Below the pieces are notes generated by a model, which saw only the letters and a program-made list of their open reading frames with translations, was not told the origin of the DNA and ran no database searches. The position numbers were made by a program, and so were the translations under genes. Below, piece after piece: positions 50,311 through 62,002 of a stretch of 64,000 bases of DNA (position 1 is the stretch's first letter; each line of letters starts with the position of its first letter). Source of the stretch: Camelus ferus. Taxonomy: Eukaryota. The DNA lies in NCBI RefSeq assembly GCF_009834535.1, contig NC_045696.1:64668001-64732000 (forward strand), in the 5' to 3' direction.

Positions 50311-53300
50311 TTCATTCACTTTTTTTCCCATGAAGTTGAGGTCTCTTGAAGTCCGAAAGTGGTCCTGTATCGAGAGTTTGGGGTAGATTGAAACCAGGAA
50401 TGTTCTGGAACTCACGGAAGACCTTTATCTCTTTCACTTTTCAAAGGCCTATTACAGCATAGAGAATATTCAGAAATATTTTTTAAAGGGTTTCCTTTTA
50501 AAGTTTAATTTAGTAGTACCAGAAAAAAATGAACTTTAGTTTTAAAAAAATCTAAACCCCTACAGCAACAAGAGGAAAACATATTTTGCTCTGTCAACGT
50601 ATTTGAGGTAATGAGCAATTTTAAGGAATAGTCCAGAATAAGACAGACTGTTTAGCTTAAGCCAAACAGTGTCTCTCTTTCCTGAACAGCTCAAATCCTT
50701 TTCCAGCCACCACTTGAAGTTTTTTATAGGTTAAAAAATGCTTGGGGGCTTTTTTCTTTTTGTCATTGATTAAAGCATAGAACTAATACCCCTGTTCTAT
50801 TATGTCCATTTTAATCTAGATTTAGAAATATAAAGGCAAGTGAACAAAGGCTTTATGCAGTAGATTCATTTTAAAAAGGAGAGTTTAGAGGAAATAATTT
50901 TAGCTTTAACCACAATGAACATTAACCCTTCGAGGAAAAAAATTCTTAAAGTGCAATTAAAGGAATAAAAATAGCATGGGAGAAATGGTAATTTAGAAAT
51001 TTATAAAGTGATCTATAGCAACCCACATTGAATACTCCTTTTCGTCCCCCGTACTCCTGGGAGCAAGCCTGATTGTGTGGGAGAGATGAAAGATACTGAC
51101 TTTAGTGGGGAGCAAGGTGGGAAGGAGTGGATGCTAGGATACTAGGGGACCACATGTCACTGTGACTTTGATCCAATAAGCAACCCATCAATCGTTCCAA
51201 GGTTGATCATTCTTGCTACTGATAAATGAATTAATTTACAAATTAATTTACATTTCCTTCATTTAATGGCCTTATTACAATTGTAAATTTATAAGTGATG
51301 TTTTGAGATCTTATGCATAATTACTGAGAAAAGCTTGCATTTCTAAGCCTGTGCACACTGTTGGAATTTACTCATCCAAAATTCCATTTTGGGTGTTCCC
51401 AATAGTACAAGTATCGGTGGGAATGTGTCTTTGAGGTTTGTTTAGCCAGTGCACTTGGGAGCCTTCATCTTCTACTTCCCTTGGTTGGAAGGATGATTGG
51501 GGGAATGATTCCATACCTGAGCTTTCTTTGAACATGCCATAACTTTTGTCAAATATTTGTAACTCTCTGGAAAATTGTGTTGAAAATCTACATGTCAAAG
51601 AGCATTTGTTCCACAGAAGGGTCATTTATTGGACTCTTTATCCCTTGCATGTATTTGAAACCCAAACATGATCATTCAATCAGATCAGGGGAAATGAAGC
51701 GAGTCCCCTCTTGTCCAGCTCTTAGTTGTCAGTGTCACATTTGTGCAGCAAACACCTTCTCATCACACTGTTCTGGAAGAATAAAACAGGGTAGGGTATC
51801 TGTGGTGCACCTGTGAGGACATTGTCTACATTATTTCCTCTTCTGTAAGAGCCATTAATGTAAAAATGCTAATAAACAAATGAGAAAGAGCTTAGAGGCA
51901 ATCAATAAGACACAATTGCATAATAAAATCACTAATCTCTTCTGAGAAATTTTTCAGCAGGGAAATTGTGCAAAGAAATTCTTCAAGTAATAATATACTT
52001 CAACAAGCTTTGTCTGGGTCAGCAAATTTTTTTTTTTTTTTTGGCTTGGAACTTAAAAAAAAAAAAGAAAGAAAGGAAGGAAGCAAAACAAAAAATTCAG
52101 CAAAAGAGCAGTAAACAGAATAACACATCCTACCAGCAAGAAAACTGAGCAGGGCAAGGTCACTATCTTGTGTTTCTAGTGTCAGTTATCTGTTTCACAG
52201 TATGTGGTTCCAAAGTATTTAATCAGCATTAATTAGTTTTTTTTTTTCCCTTCAAAAAATCTGAGAACATTCAACTCCGAATATTTATGCCAATTTCAAT
52301 CTCAGTGTAAAATGTGGACATCAAGTAACATGTTTCTTGGAGGAGGGCTGTAATAAAATGAATTTCTATTTATTGGTTTCCATTAAAAATATCACAGATT
52401 ATTGGCTTTAGCATGTCCTACTGTTTTCTATTTCCAAAGTAGAAGATTTTAAAATATATGTAATAAGTAAAAGAAGAAAATAAAAGCACTCAGAATCTTG
52501 CTCCACAGACATAACTTATATGTCTTATTTTGTATCATATTATACAGACCTTTGCATCTTCCACACAAATCACCTTACTATGTGGTGAATGTTTTTCCAT
52601 GGTATTTCTAATTCTTCCAAGTATACCATCATATAGATCCATCATAATCCTATTTAATCATTCTTCTTGATTAATCACTTGTTTGTTTGTTTTTAATTAA
52701 GAACAGATCCTAACTTAACAGAACAGAGTAAGACCTGATTTCTCTCTCTTCCAAATGATGCAAAAGGCAGGCAAAGGAAACCTTGTACAAACTCCGTAAA
52801 TCAAGAACTGCAAAAGTCTGGTTCAAAAATGTGAGGGACATGCAAAGAAGAGAGGCAGGTAGGAGTACCCAAAGGGAGGGCTCATGGAAGGCAAACCAGA
52901 GCGTACTTCATCCAGTCACTTGAAGCATCTTTTTTTTTTTTTTTTTTAATGTTACCATTAGTCTGCTTGTCTGGCTGGTTGGTTTTCATGGCAGTGAACT
53001 AGCTTTGATCGCAGCTCTCCCAGGCTGAGATGAATGGGCGTATACAGAACTGTGTGGTGAAATCAAGGCCAAGCATGGTTATAATCCCAGAGACACCGCA
53101 CGGCTATTTAATAGGGACTAAGTCTAAGAAAGACTTTTCCTATAATCTTTACCTCATTACCATCAACACTTGAGCGCAGGGAGATTCCCTGGGACCCTGA
53201 ATATCCCAGAAGGGAAATAGATAATAATTCCCCAAATTTATTCAAACTTGGGTTTATATTTTCCCCAAACCCAACTATTAACCTTTCACAAATGATTACT

Positions 53301-56084
53301 GTTCTTTGGAACACAGTTTGAAGAGCATCTCTCTGACTAAAAATGATTACTCTCTTTCTGTACTTCCCTGGCATTTATATCTGCTGCGCCATCGGTATTT
53401 TCCCCCTTTATTACAGCAGTGGTAAAGCCCAAGATGAACATAAGAAACACCAGGAAGGATTTAAAAATCCCCCGCACTCTTCACATTTTCTGGAACCGGG
53501 CCCCCGGCGTTGGGTTTGTTTTCAAGTTTCCTGAAGGAGTCTCTTTTCCAGCTGGGTTGACAACCACCACCTGATGGAACACTTTTGCGTTGTGTATTTT
53601 AGGGAATATGTTTAGCATAGCAGTCAGATCCTCCTCAAGGCTAATTCAGGGACCTTGAAGAGGTTCTTAATAAATATTTTGTTAAATGAATGAATACAAT
53701 CCTAAGGCAAAACACTGCAAGAAATACTGAAGTGATATCTAAAATCAGAGAGAGGGAAACAGTGCCTGAGCGGTGCCTCTTCTCCTTACTCCTGGATGTG
53801 TAGGTTTTAAAAGACAAAAATAATTCCAATCAGTAACCATAAATGTTCTGTGAGGATAGTCTGATCTTTTAGAGTTCTGAAGGTTCTTAAATTTGTTCTA
53901 CAGGCAAAGCAGAAACCAAAATCCTCCTAAAACTTTTGGGTCCAGCATTACCTGGGAGCCAGCCTGCCTTCCTCCCTCCGTGAGAGAATGGTGGTTTGGA
54001 CCAGTGTTAACAATGGGACAGAAAGAGTGGTCAGGTTTTGTGAAACCTTCCTTTGATCTATGGACCAATGTAACAAGACTGGAGAGAATCCACATTTTCC
54101 CCCCCTAAATCTATGTTGTAACAGCGCTAATCTCCAGGTTTTCTTGGAGCCCTGTGTGAACTTGTAACGATTCCCTTTTTACAATGGCAGCTAATGCAGA
54201 GGGAAAGAAGAAAGATGTGATTTGTTTTTAACAAGTACTCAGCTTCCATTTCTTGAATGCTTTTCTTGCAGAGAAGCTAGAGAGAGGATTTCTGTACCCA
54301 GAGGAGAGCTGGAATAGATGAGTTTGAACATCCTTTCTAATATTGAGATTCTGTGATTCTGTGATCCTTAGAAACTTTGAAGATTATCTAGATATGCAAG
54401 GACTGCCTCAGAGAGAGTCAGTCTCATCATAGATGTGCAAGGACTGAAAACTCATATGACAGTGGTACAAATTGTCACGGTAAGTTGGAATGAAAACTAA
54501 TAATCATGGGTGATAATCAAAATATTTTACAACTGGTCCAGTACAGACACTAATCAGAACAGATGCCTGCTGAAAACAGCAGGTGCAGACATGCATCTGA
54601 CTGAATATTCATTCTGCTTATGCTTGAGTGCGAATCAGACCGTACTTTGTGGACATGGTTTGACCATGTCAATTTAAACCAGTTCAACTGAGCAAGGGTA
54701 GTGAACACAAATTTTGTGCCTAGAGTTGTGTCTGACACTTTGCGAGGAACATAAAAGAAGTGTAAGATACGGCTTATACTTTCTGAGTAGTTTAATCCGT
54801 TTCCTATGACTTCACTGTGCACTTGGACAAATTGACAATCACGCAACGTATGAAACAACTATTTTAGAGATTCTTAACAGGTTCTTGGCCTCCCAATACC
54901 TTGCCCCCACCTTAGAAGCTGTGTCCTTACTGAGGCTTCTAAGTAGGGGAATGAAAGAAGAAACCTAGCTGACTTGTAAGATTTTAAGGAATGTTGTTGA
55001 CCTCAGGATGCTTGGTGGCCTCGTGGGAGCAGAAATGCAGTGTCTTCAGCCAGCCTTCATCTCGGGAACTGAGGCAGCAGTCACAGAGAGTAAGACGCCT
55101 TCTCTGGGCCTCCTGTTCAGGTGCCTCCCAGCACTCGAAGAACCAACAATCATAAGCCAAAGGGTATCTGGAGCTTGGGAAGAAGCAGGCCTGCAAATGC
55201 AACCTTTTTTGTTCACATGCTTCAGCCCTCATTCATGATAAGCTTTAGGAAAACCTTTGTTGTGTAAGATCAAGTATGTTCAGAGCCTGGGTGAGCATTG
55301 TCCATTTGGCACTCGAAGCAGTTATCTGGATTAAAGCTGACTCCTGTCCAGGATCAACATACCACACCTGAAAAACCAACCAGTACAGAGAATTTGCATA
55401 ATTTCAGTTTATTGGACCTGTTTCTCCCCCAATCATTAAAAGGAGCTGAGGGGCAGAAGAGAGTGATAAAAGCACTATCCAGAAGGAACACAGAACTTCC
55501 ACGGTAAACTAACTATAGAGTCTTCCCCTAAGCTGGATGCCCAGGATAGCTCTGCCAAATGCCTTTTTTAGTATCTTCTTTAAGCCTGCCTCACTAAGCT
55601 GGTTGAGTGTTAGAATATGTGGAACTGACCATGCCATAATGGACTTCTTCTGCAGTAAATCTTTCAGAGCTGGTAAATTTAGAGACCTGAAGAGCCATGT
55701 TGCATCTGTATTGCTTAGCAAATCAGCATAAGAGTTAGAAACTTAAGATTGGGACTTGGATTTTCCTGGAGAGCTGAATTATTCAATCATCAGCAATTTA
55801 GAGGTTCACAGTAGAGAAGAAATAATGGAATTATCTGATTCTAGATGTAAAAGCATCTTCCCAGAAAGTCAGAAGGAGTTTGCAGCCTTTGCTGTTTGCT
55901 GGGTGATCTGGTCCCTGCTCAGCATGAGCTGTTTATCTGGAAATGTGAAAAGATTCTGTCATAGGAGTGTAGGTTCTAGAGAAATCTAAAAGGCAATCTC
56001 TGCATCTTGCTGATGGCTCTTAATCAGGGGATAAAGCATCAAATTTGGGACATACTCCTCTCCTTCTGGTAGATACTCTAACAC

Positions 56085-56320
56085 TTAGCTGTGGAGCTAT
56101 GGATCATGTTCTGATCTTGCTTCTACCACCTACTAGATGTGTGACTTGGGCAAACCACTCATTTCTCAGTGTCAGTTTCCTCATCTGTAAAATGGGGATG
56201 CCAGTGGCCTCTCCCTGTCAAGGTTGTTACGAGGCTGAATTCAGTTTCTTTGGGACGGTGACCTACCGACGGTGACTGAGCGTAAGTGCTCAGGGGATGT
56301 TAACTATTCTTATTTGCTGG
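56085..56320 (+). mobile_element. MIR SINE
   Basis: Well preserved core 'tactagatgtgtgacttgggcaa...tcagtttcctcatctgtaaaatgggga'. Confidence 0.88.
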
Positions 56321-57249
56321 TATTAAAATGGAAAGGGCTGACGAGAAAATTTCCACCGACAAAATGTTTATACCTTTTTTTTTTAAGTTGTCAAAGTTCT
56401 ATTGAAATAGATGGAGAGCTTAAATAAAATTGATGAAGCATGCACTGGAATAACAAGAGTAATAATCAACATATTTTTAAAACAGTGGAGTGAAAAATGA
56501 ACAAAATCTTTTACTCCAACAAAGAAACGGGTATATTTGGGGAGCGTAGTGATGTGTCCGGCATAGGTAACAGCAATCACGTCACGTCGCATTTAGCCTC
56601 CCCTCACCCTGGTGCTGCTGTGTGCATTTTATACAGAAACAGAAGCTCTAGTGAGCTGGAGGATGAGGACTCAAGTCCGACATCTCTGAACCCCTCCTCT
56701 TCCACTAACTCCAAATACCACCCCCTTCCTCCTTCCTCGCCCTCCTTTTCCAAGCCTCTATCTCCTTCCTGTGTTGAGGGACCCTCTCTAGGTGGCCCCC
56801 TCTCAGGGGAACTGCACCTCTTACTCTGCCTTTAAGGGACTGGATAGGGTCTACCTGGACGCTGGTGAGTTTCATGGGAATTGCTATGAGAGGTGGCAGC
56901 TTGGGGTGTGTTTTTTCTCCAACCTTAGCCAAATAGTGGGCTTCCAATGTCAGGAGTAGATGGCTGACTAATGACTCATGATGAAAACATTTCAAAAGTT
57001 AAAAGGAAGCAATCAGAAACAAAAGATAAAATTGTGGCCAAGTGTGTGCATCATCCTTGAGGCTGTCTTTGCATTCTTATTACGTTCCAGTAGTAAACAT
57101 TTGTATTCACACAGTTTGCTCAGCCTGCCACTGCGATTGCTCTTAAGATATAGCACACTGTTTCGAAGAGGACGATTTATGTTCCTGAGTCAGAGGGAAG
57201 GCTGAAGTTTGCTGAAGGGAAGTTCCTTGTTGGAAGCTGCTTGGCAGCC

Positions 57250-57462
57250 CAAAGTTGGGCAACCTGCATTCAAATCTGTGCTCTGGATTTTAATAACTGT
57301 GTGACTTGGATGGTTATCACATCTTAAGCCTCATTTCTCTCTGTGTAAAAGGAGAATAACCATATTTTTGTTACAGGGCTCCCTGGATGATCAATGAGGT
57401 AGTGAGAGTCAAATGTATGGCACATAGATCAGATAGTGCCAAGTGAGTGACGGTTATTGTTA
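57250..57462 (+). mobile_element. MIR SINE
   Basis: 'ttcaaatctgtgctctg...ctgtgtgacttgga...agcctcatttctctctgtgtaaaaggagaataa'. Confidence 0.7.
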
Positions 57463-57845
57463 ACATGCACTGATTTCATTAGGAAAAGCCAGGTATTTAT
57501 AAGCAGTGATATTTTGTCTGGGTCATACACAGAGGGGAATCCTAGATCCTCACCTTAGCAAAGACCTATTGAAATTCTGTCTTTTAGAAACTGAGTTGCA
57601 CACATACTATGGCAGCAACCCACTCACCCCTTAGAGGGGACACTTCTCATCAGCCTGATCAACTCCACACCTCTGAGAACTTGTGCAACTTTCAGCATGT
57701 CCACAGACACAGCATGAAGCCTGAGGGAAGAGCTGAGGGATGGGTTATATAATTGGCTCCTCATCATTCAATTTTTGCACAAACACCACCTCCTCAGAGG
57801 GAACTTCCCTGACCACGGTATCTCAGGTACCCTTTCCCCCTGTCA

Positions 57846-58038
57846 GCTTCTCTCTATCCTCTCGACTCCTCTCTTCCTTCCCTCCTTCCTTTCTTTCTTC
57901 CTTTCTTTGTCTCTCTCTCCTTTCTTTGTTTCTCTTCTTTCTTTTCTTTCTTCTTTCTTTCTTCCTTTTTTCCTTCCTTCTTTCTTTCCTCCTCTCACTC
58001 TATGTCCCCTCCCTCCCTCCCTTCCTTCCTTTTTTTCA
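57846..58038. repeat. CT-rich polypyrimidine low-complexity tract (about 190 bp)
   Basis: Almost exclusively C/T on the + strand (CTTT/CCTT units). Confidence 0.92.
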
Positions 58039-58470
58039 TTTTAAATAGACTTTATTTTTTACAGCCATTTTAAGTTCACAGCAAGATTGAGCAGAAAGTA
58101 CAGAGGTTCCCTTGTACCCCCTGCCCCCACACATGCATAACCTCCCCTGTTATCAGCATCCTGCACCAGAATGGTATTTTTTTATGATTGGTGAACCTCA
58201 TAATCACCCAAAGCCCACAGTTTACATTAGGGTTAACTCTTGGGGTTGTACACTCTGTGGGTTTTGACAAATACGTAATGACATGCATCCACCATTACAG
58301 TCTCGTGCAAACTAGTTCCACTGCCCTAAAGTCCTCTGTGCTCCACCTGTTCATTCCTTCTCCCCTTAACCCCTGACAACCTGACAACCACCAATCTGAT
58401 CTTTTTACTGTCTTTTTACTGATCTTTATACAACCTTAGTTTTGAGTTTTCCAGAGTGTCATATAGTTGT
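58039..58470 (-). mobile_element. L1MC1-like 3' end, nested in L2 (L2 parts about 57750-57845 and 58480-58668)
   Basis: 'aaatagactttattttt...ttcacagcaagattgagcagaaagtacagag...cacagtttacattagggtt...cactgccctaaagtcctctgtgctccacct'. Confidence 0.88.
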
Positions 58471-58769
58471 CTGCTTTACTTTTAAAAAGCATTTATCACT
58501 ATGTATATTTATTTAAATATTTAATTTTTGTTTTCCCCTCCCCCTAAAATGTCACCTGTATGGAAGCAAGGCCATTGTATGACTTCTTAGATGAGGTGTC
58601 CTCAGTGCTAGATTATGCCTGAATCAGAAATCCCTCAATAAATATGTGTTAGTTTGGTAAATAAGTAAACTTTTCCCCCATAAAATTACTCTCTTCCTTC
58701 TGCTAAGGTTAGAAACTGATAATCAGAGATACTTGCACAAATGGCAATAATAATATTGGCTGTCATCAT

Positions 58770-59030
58770 TTTTATTATCTCCCAGATTTATTATCTTCTA
58801 GGCATCTTACTATGTATTTTAAGTGTATTGTTTAACTTAATCCTCATAAAGGCCTTCTGAGGTAGTCATCATGTAACAGGCAATATGGGTGGTATATAGG
58901 TAGTCTAGCCATTTTACAGGTAGAAAAAATGAGGTTCAGAGAAGTTATCTTATCCAAGGTCTCAGAGTTAGTAAATTACAAAGGTAAGGCCCAAACTCAG
59001 GCCCATAGGATTCTAAAGCTGACATTCTTA
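58770..59030 (-). mobile_element. MIR SINE
   Basis: 'ttaatcctcataa...ccattttacaggtagaaaaaatgaggttcagagaagtta...ccaaggtctcagagttagtaa'. Confidence 0.8.
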
Positions 59031-59149
59031 AAAGGTATGTTGGAATTTAGGGCTGGAGGAAACCTGGCTAGTCCATTCTAATCCTTGGATTTGGAACGTG
59101 CTTGTCTAATCTAAGTGCCTTGACCTTTCCTCTGGTCCATTTAGCTTTA

Positions 59150-59305
59150 TACAGAGTCTGCTGTTTGCTGTGCCATGTGCTCTAGGGCGTTCTGAGAAAT
59201 GCAGAGTCTCGGGCTTTTCTCCAGACCTACTGACACGGAATCTGCATTTTGATACAATCCCTGGGAGGTCTGTGGGCACGAGATGTGTGTTTGAGGAACC
59301 TTGTA
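59150..59305. mobile_element. MER5-like element
   Basis: 'gaaatgcagagtctcgggc...ccagacctactgacacggaatctgcattttgatacaatccctggg...gtttgaggaac'. Confidence 0.75.
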
Positions 59306-60714
59306 CTGTCTTCAAGATACCAAGACCAGTTCCCATGCTCCCAACGAATGAACTGACTAGGGTCTCGGCTTTCAGAGCTGCCTGTACTTTTGAGGGGGAA
59401 AACATTTTCCATGTAAAGTGCCTGGCCCAGTCCTGAGCACTTGATAAATACTTGGCATTATTACGAATCGCATAAGGAACGAGGTGTCAGCCAGGTAGAG
59501 GGCTCCGTGTAGCTGTGTGTGAACAAGCCTGCCTCGGGGGTCCTGAACAGTATAAAATACTCTCTTTCAATAAGGCGCAGGAAGTGCAGCTTGTTCTTCT
59601 TTGCTGCGATTCAGTGGTGGTGCTGGTATCTGAGGCACAGTGGAGTGTCAGGCGTTTCTAAGCGTGTTGGTTAGAGTTCTGTAATACAGTTCAGACTGTA
59701 GCACATCTGTAATCCCGCAGTAACGGGTGTTCCAGGGAGGGCTCGTGTTTTACTACGAACGACAGAAATCCTGCTACATTTCCACCAGGGGAGTAGCAGG
59801 TAGGCAATTTCAGCACAGCTGGAGTCCGCTATGTCCTTACAATGGGGAACAAAGTGTTGTCTCTTTTCTAGTGTTTCTGTTCCAAACAAACTCTCAATCT
59901 TCATTACCCATTTTACCAATTATGAGCATATACACCAGGGAAAATGCAGGTTTGCCATCCATCCCAGCATCGTTTGCATCAAAATGCCAGACTGCCATCC
60001 AGCTGAACCTCCCTGATTCCTTGTAAGGTGTATCTGAGTCTGAGGATGAATCCAGCACTTTGATCAGTGCGTTTGTTTTCTGCTTTGTCATACTCATAAC
60101 TGGCGAGTCTAGCCAGGGCGCCCTGTGGAGAGGCAATCTATCTGTGTCTGGAATGCAGAGTGGCGGGTTTCGCAGATTTCTCTCCTTTCTCCCTTGCCAC
60201 AGCCAGCCTTTCCGTTTGTCCCCAGTTCCATGCAGACTACAATTATGCAGATTTCCTTTCATGCTGCTTGTAACTGTGTAACATCTCTGCAGCCAAGATG
60301 CATGCAATTTATCCAGTTTTCTCCCCTTTCCTCCTTTGTAATTCAGGCTATTGCCTTGTTCTTTCTTGTGGATCTCTTCACCACAACACTATCAAATGAA
60401 TATACAATATGTTACAACAGACCTAGCCACTGAAATCACCTGTGATGGTGCTAATAGGTGCTGACAGTTTCTTAGTGTAGCTGTCAATGGGGAATTGGAT
60501 CAGTGTTGCAATAATAGGCCTGTATTTGCTTTTTCTGGAATATATTGTGGTTTGATGCTTGAACAATTCAACAAAATTGAGACGATTCAGTGGAATGAGC
60601 AATGGATGTTCATTCAACATCTTTCTTAATATTTAAATCCTGCTAGTCCCAGCGCACCCTCCTGCCCTTCCAAGGGATCAGAGTCGAGGTAGGAATTAGC
60701 TCTTAACTGGGCAT

Positions 60715-60945
60715 CCGCCATGCTCAGGTCTTGGACTGGGTACTTTATATGTTCATTCTTATTTAAACATGTATTTTTGCTTAATCTTTACAAGAAATAT
60801 TAGGTTTATTTTATAGGGGAGGAAATTAATACCTACAAGTGGTTTATTTTATAGAGAAGGAAATTAAGTTTCATGGAGGTAAGGCGATTTTTCAAGGTTT
60901 CACCTCCGGTCAATGACAGAGTGGAGATTTCACTCCAATGTCCAT
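60715..60945 (-). mobile_element. MIR SINE with an internal 38-bp-period duplication
   Basis: 'ggtttattttatag(g/a)g(g/a)aggaaattaa' occurs at 60803 and 60841, followed by 'gaggtaaggcgatttttcaagg'. Confidence 0.7.
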
Positions 60946-61829
60946 CCTGCTTCAGCACATCCCCTTTCTGTCTTCTTTCTGCAAAATTTTAAATTCCAGA
61001 AAGGTCGGGACACTCCTTTCCTACCTGAAGCTGATTAATTGGAGTCTGTTTTTTATCTTATTCCAAGTGGTCACTGCCAAACCGTTGTATGAGGGTTTTT
61101 TTTTTTTTAAGTAAAGTAGATGTTTTCTGCTATTTGTGAGCAAAACATTTTTTTATTGGGGGCCCAACTGCATTTTAAGAATCTTTTAGTTTACCATCAG
61201 CCCTCGTGTTATTATCAACCTGGCCGTGGCTGTGTGTTAGCAAATAAGCAAGACAGAAAATCAGGCAGTAGCCCTGGTGTTGCCACACGTGTTGCTGTGC
61301 TTCTGAGGAGAAGCCACAGGACCCCTCTGAGACCCAGCGTATTTTTCTGTGACATAGTGTAATACATATGCCATATCTAACACAGGATTGTTATTAGCAT
61401 TGAATGAGACCATGACCATGAAAGTCTTTGGAAACCATTAGAATACATAGAAATACACCGTAAGTCATTAGATATTTGCTGGGCTCATACTATGAGCTGA
61501 TGTTAGGCCTTGCCCTGGAGAGGCTCCTAAGACTTTCTTGCCTTCAACTTAAAAAAAAAAAAAAAAAGAGTCATTGAGCTGAGCCTCGGTTTTATAATAA
61601 ACTTAGAATAATTGCTCTTTTCATTCCTTCAGTCGCATATCAACAGTTGATTCTCAAGTGGCGTAAACATCATACAAAAAGCTACCCGCTACCTGATATA
61701 ATTCACATTTAAAAAAATTTTAAATGAAACTTCCTTTACTGCGTCTTGCATTCAGCGTGCCAAATTGTTATCGTGGGAACATGTCTTCTCACCCACGAAG
61801 GCCAAGCTAAAGCCTCACCACTTACTACA

Positions 61830-62002
61830 GCAATGGTTTTCCCAGTGAGGTCCCTGCACCAGGAGCTCCAGCTGCGCCTGAGAACTTCTTAGAAATGCAG
61901 ATTCTTGAGACCCACCCCTAGCCTGGTGATTCAGAGACTCTGGGGTGGAGCTCAGTCCCTCCTGGACATCCTGACCCGTGTTCAAGTGTAAGAACCCCCG
62001 CT
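61830..62002. mobile_element. MER5A-like element
   Basis: 'caatggttttcccagtgaggtcc...gaacttcttagaaatgcagattctt...ctctggggtggag...gtgtaagaacc'. Confidence 0.75.

Noticed and set aside
51517..51566. Possible 50-nt minus-strand exon (ttttccag...CAG|gtatgg)
   Set aside because: Plausible splice sites, but neither open frame (ELQIFDKSYGMFKESS or SYKYLTKVMACSKKAQ) is recognisable and there are no partner exons
53395..53534. Strong acceptor (ttttcccccttattacag) followed by open frames
   Set aside because: No good donor downstream and peptides not recognisable
54389..54446. 17-bp direct repeat TAGAT(A/G)TGCAAGGACTG with a spacer (CRISPR-like look)
   Set aside because: Only two units in mammalian DNA among old repeat remnants; a local duplication
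54651..54671. 8-bp stem hairpin / p53-like site GGACATGGTT-T-GACCATGTCA
   Set aside because: Both half sites have mismatches, the stem is far too short for a pre-miRNA, and it lies beside a probable old L2 fragment
57740..58048. Hydrophobic F/L/S-rich ORFs resembling membrane proteins
   Set aside because: Translation artefact of the CT-rich tract
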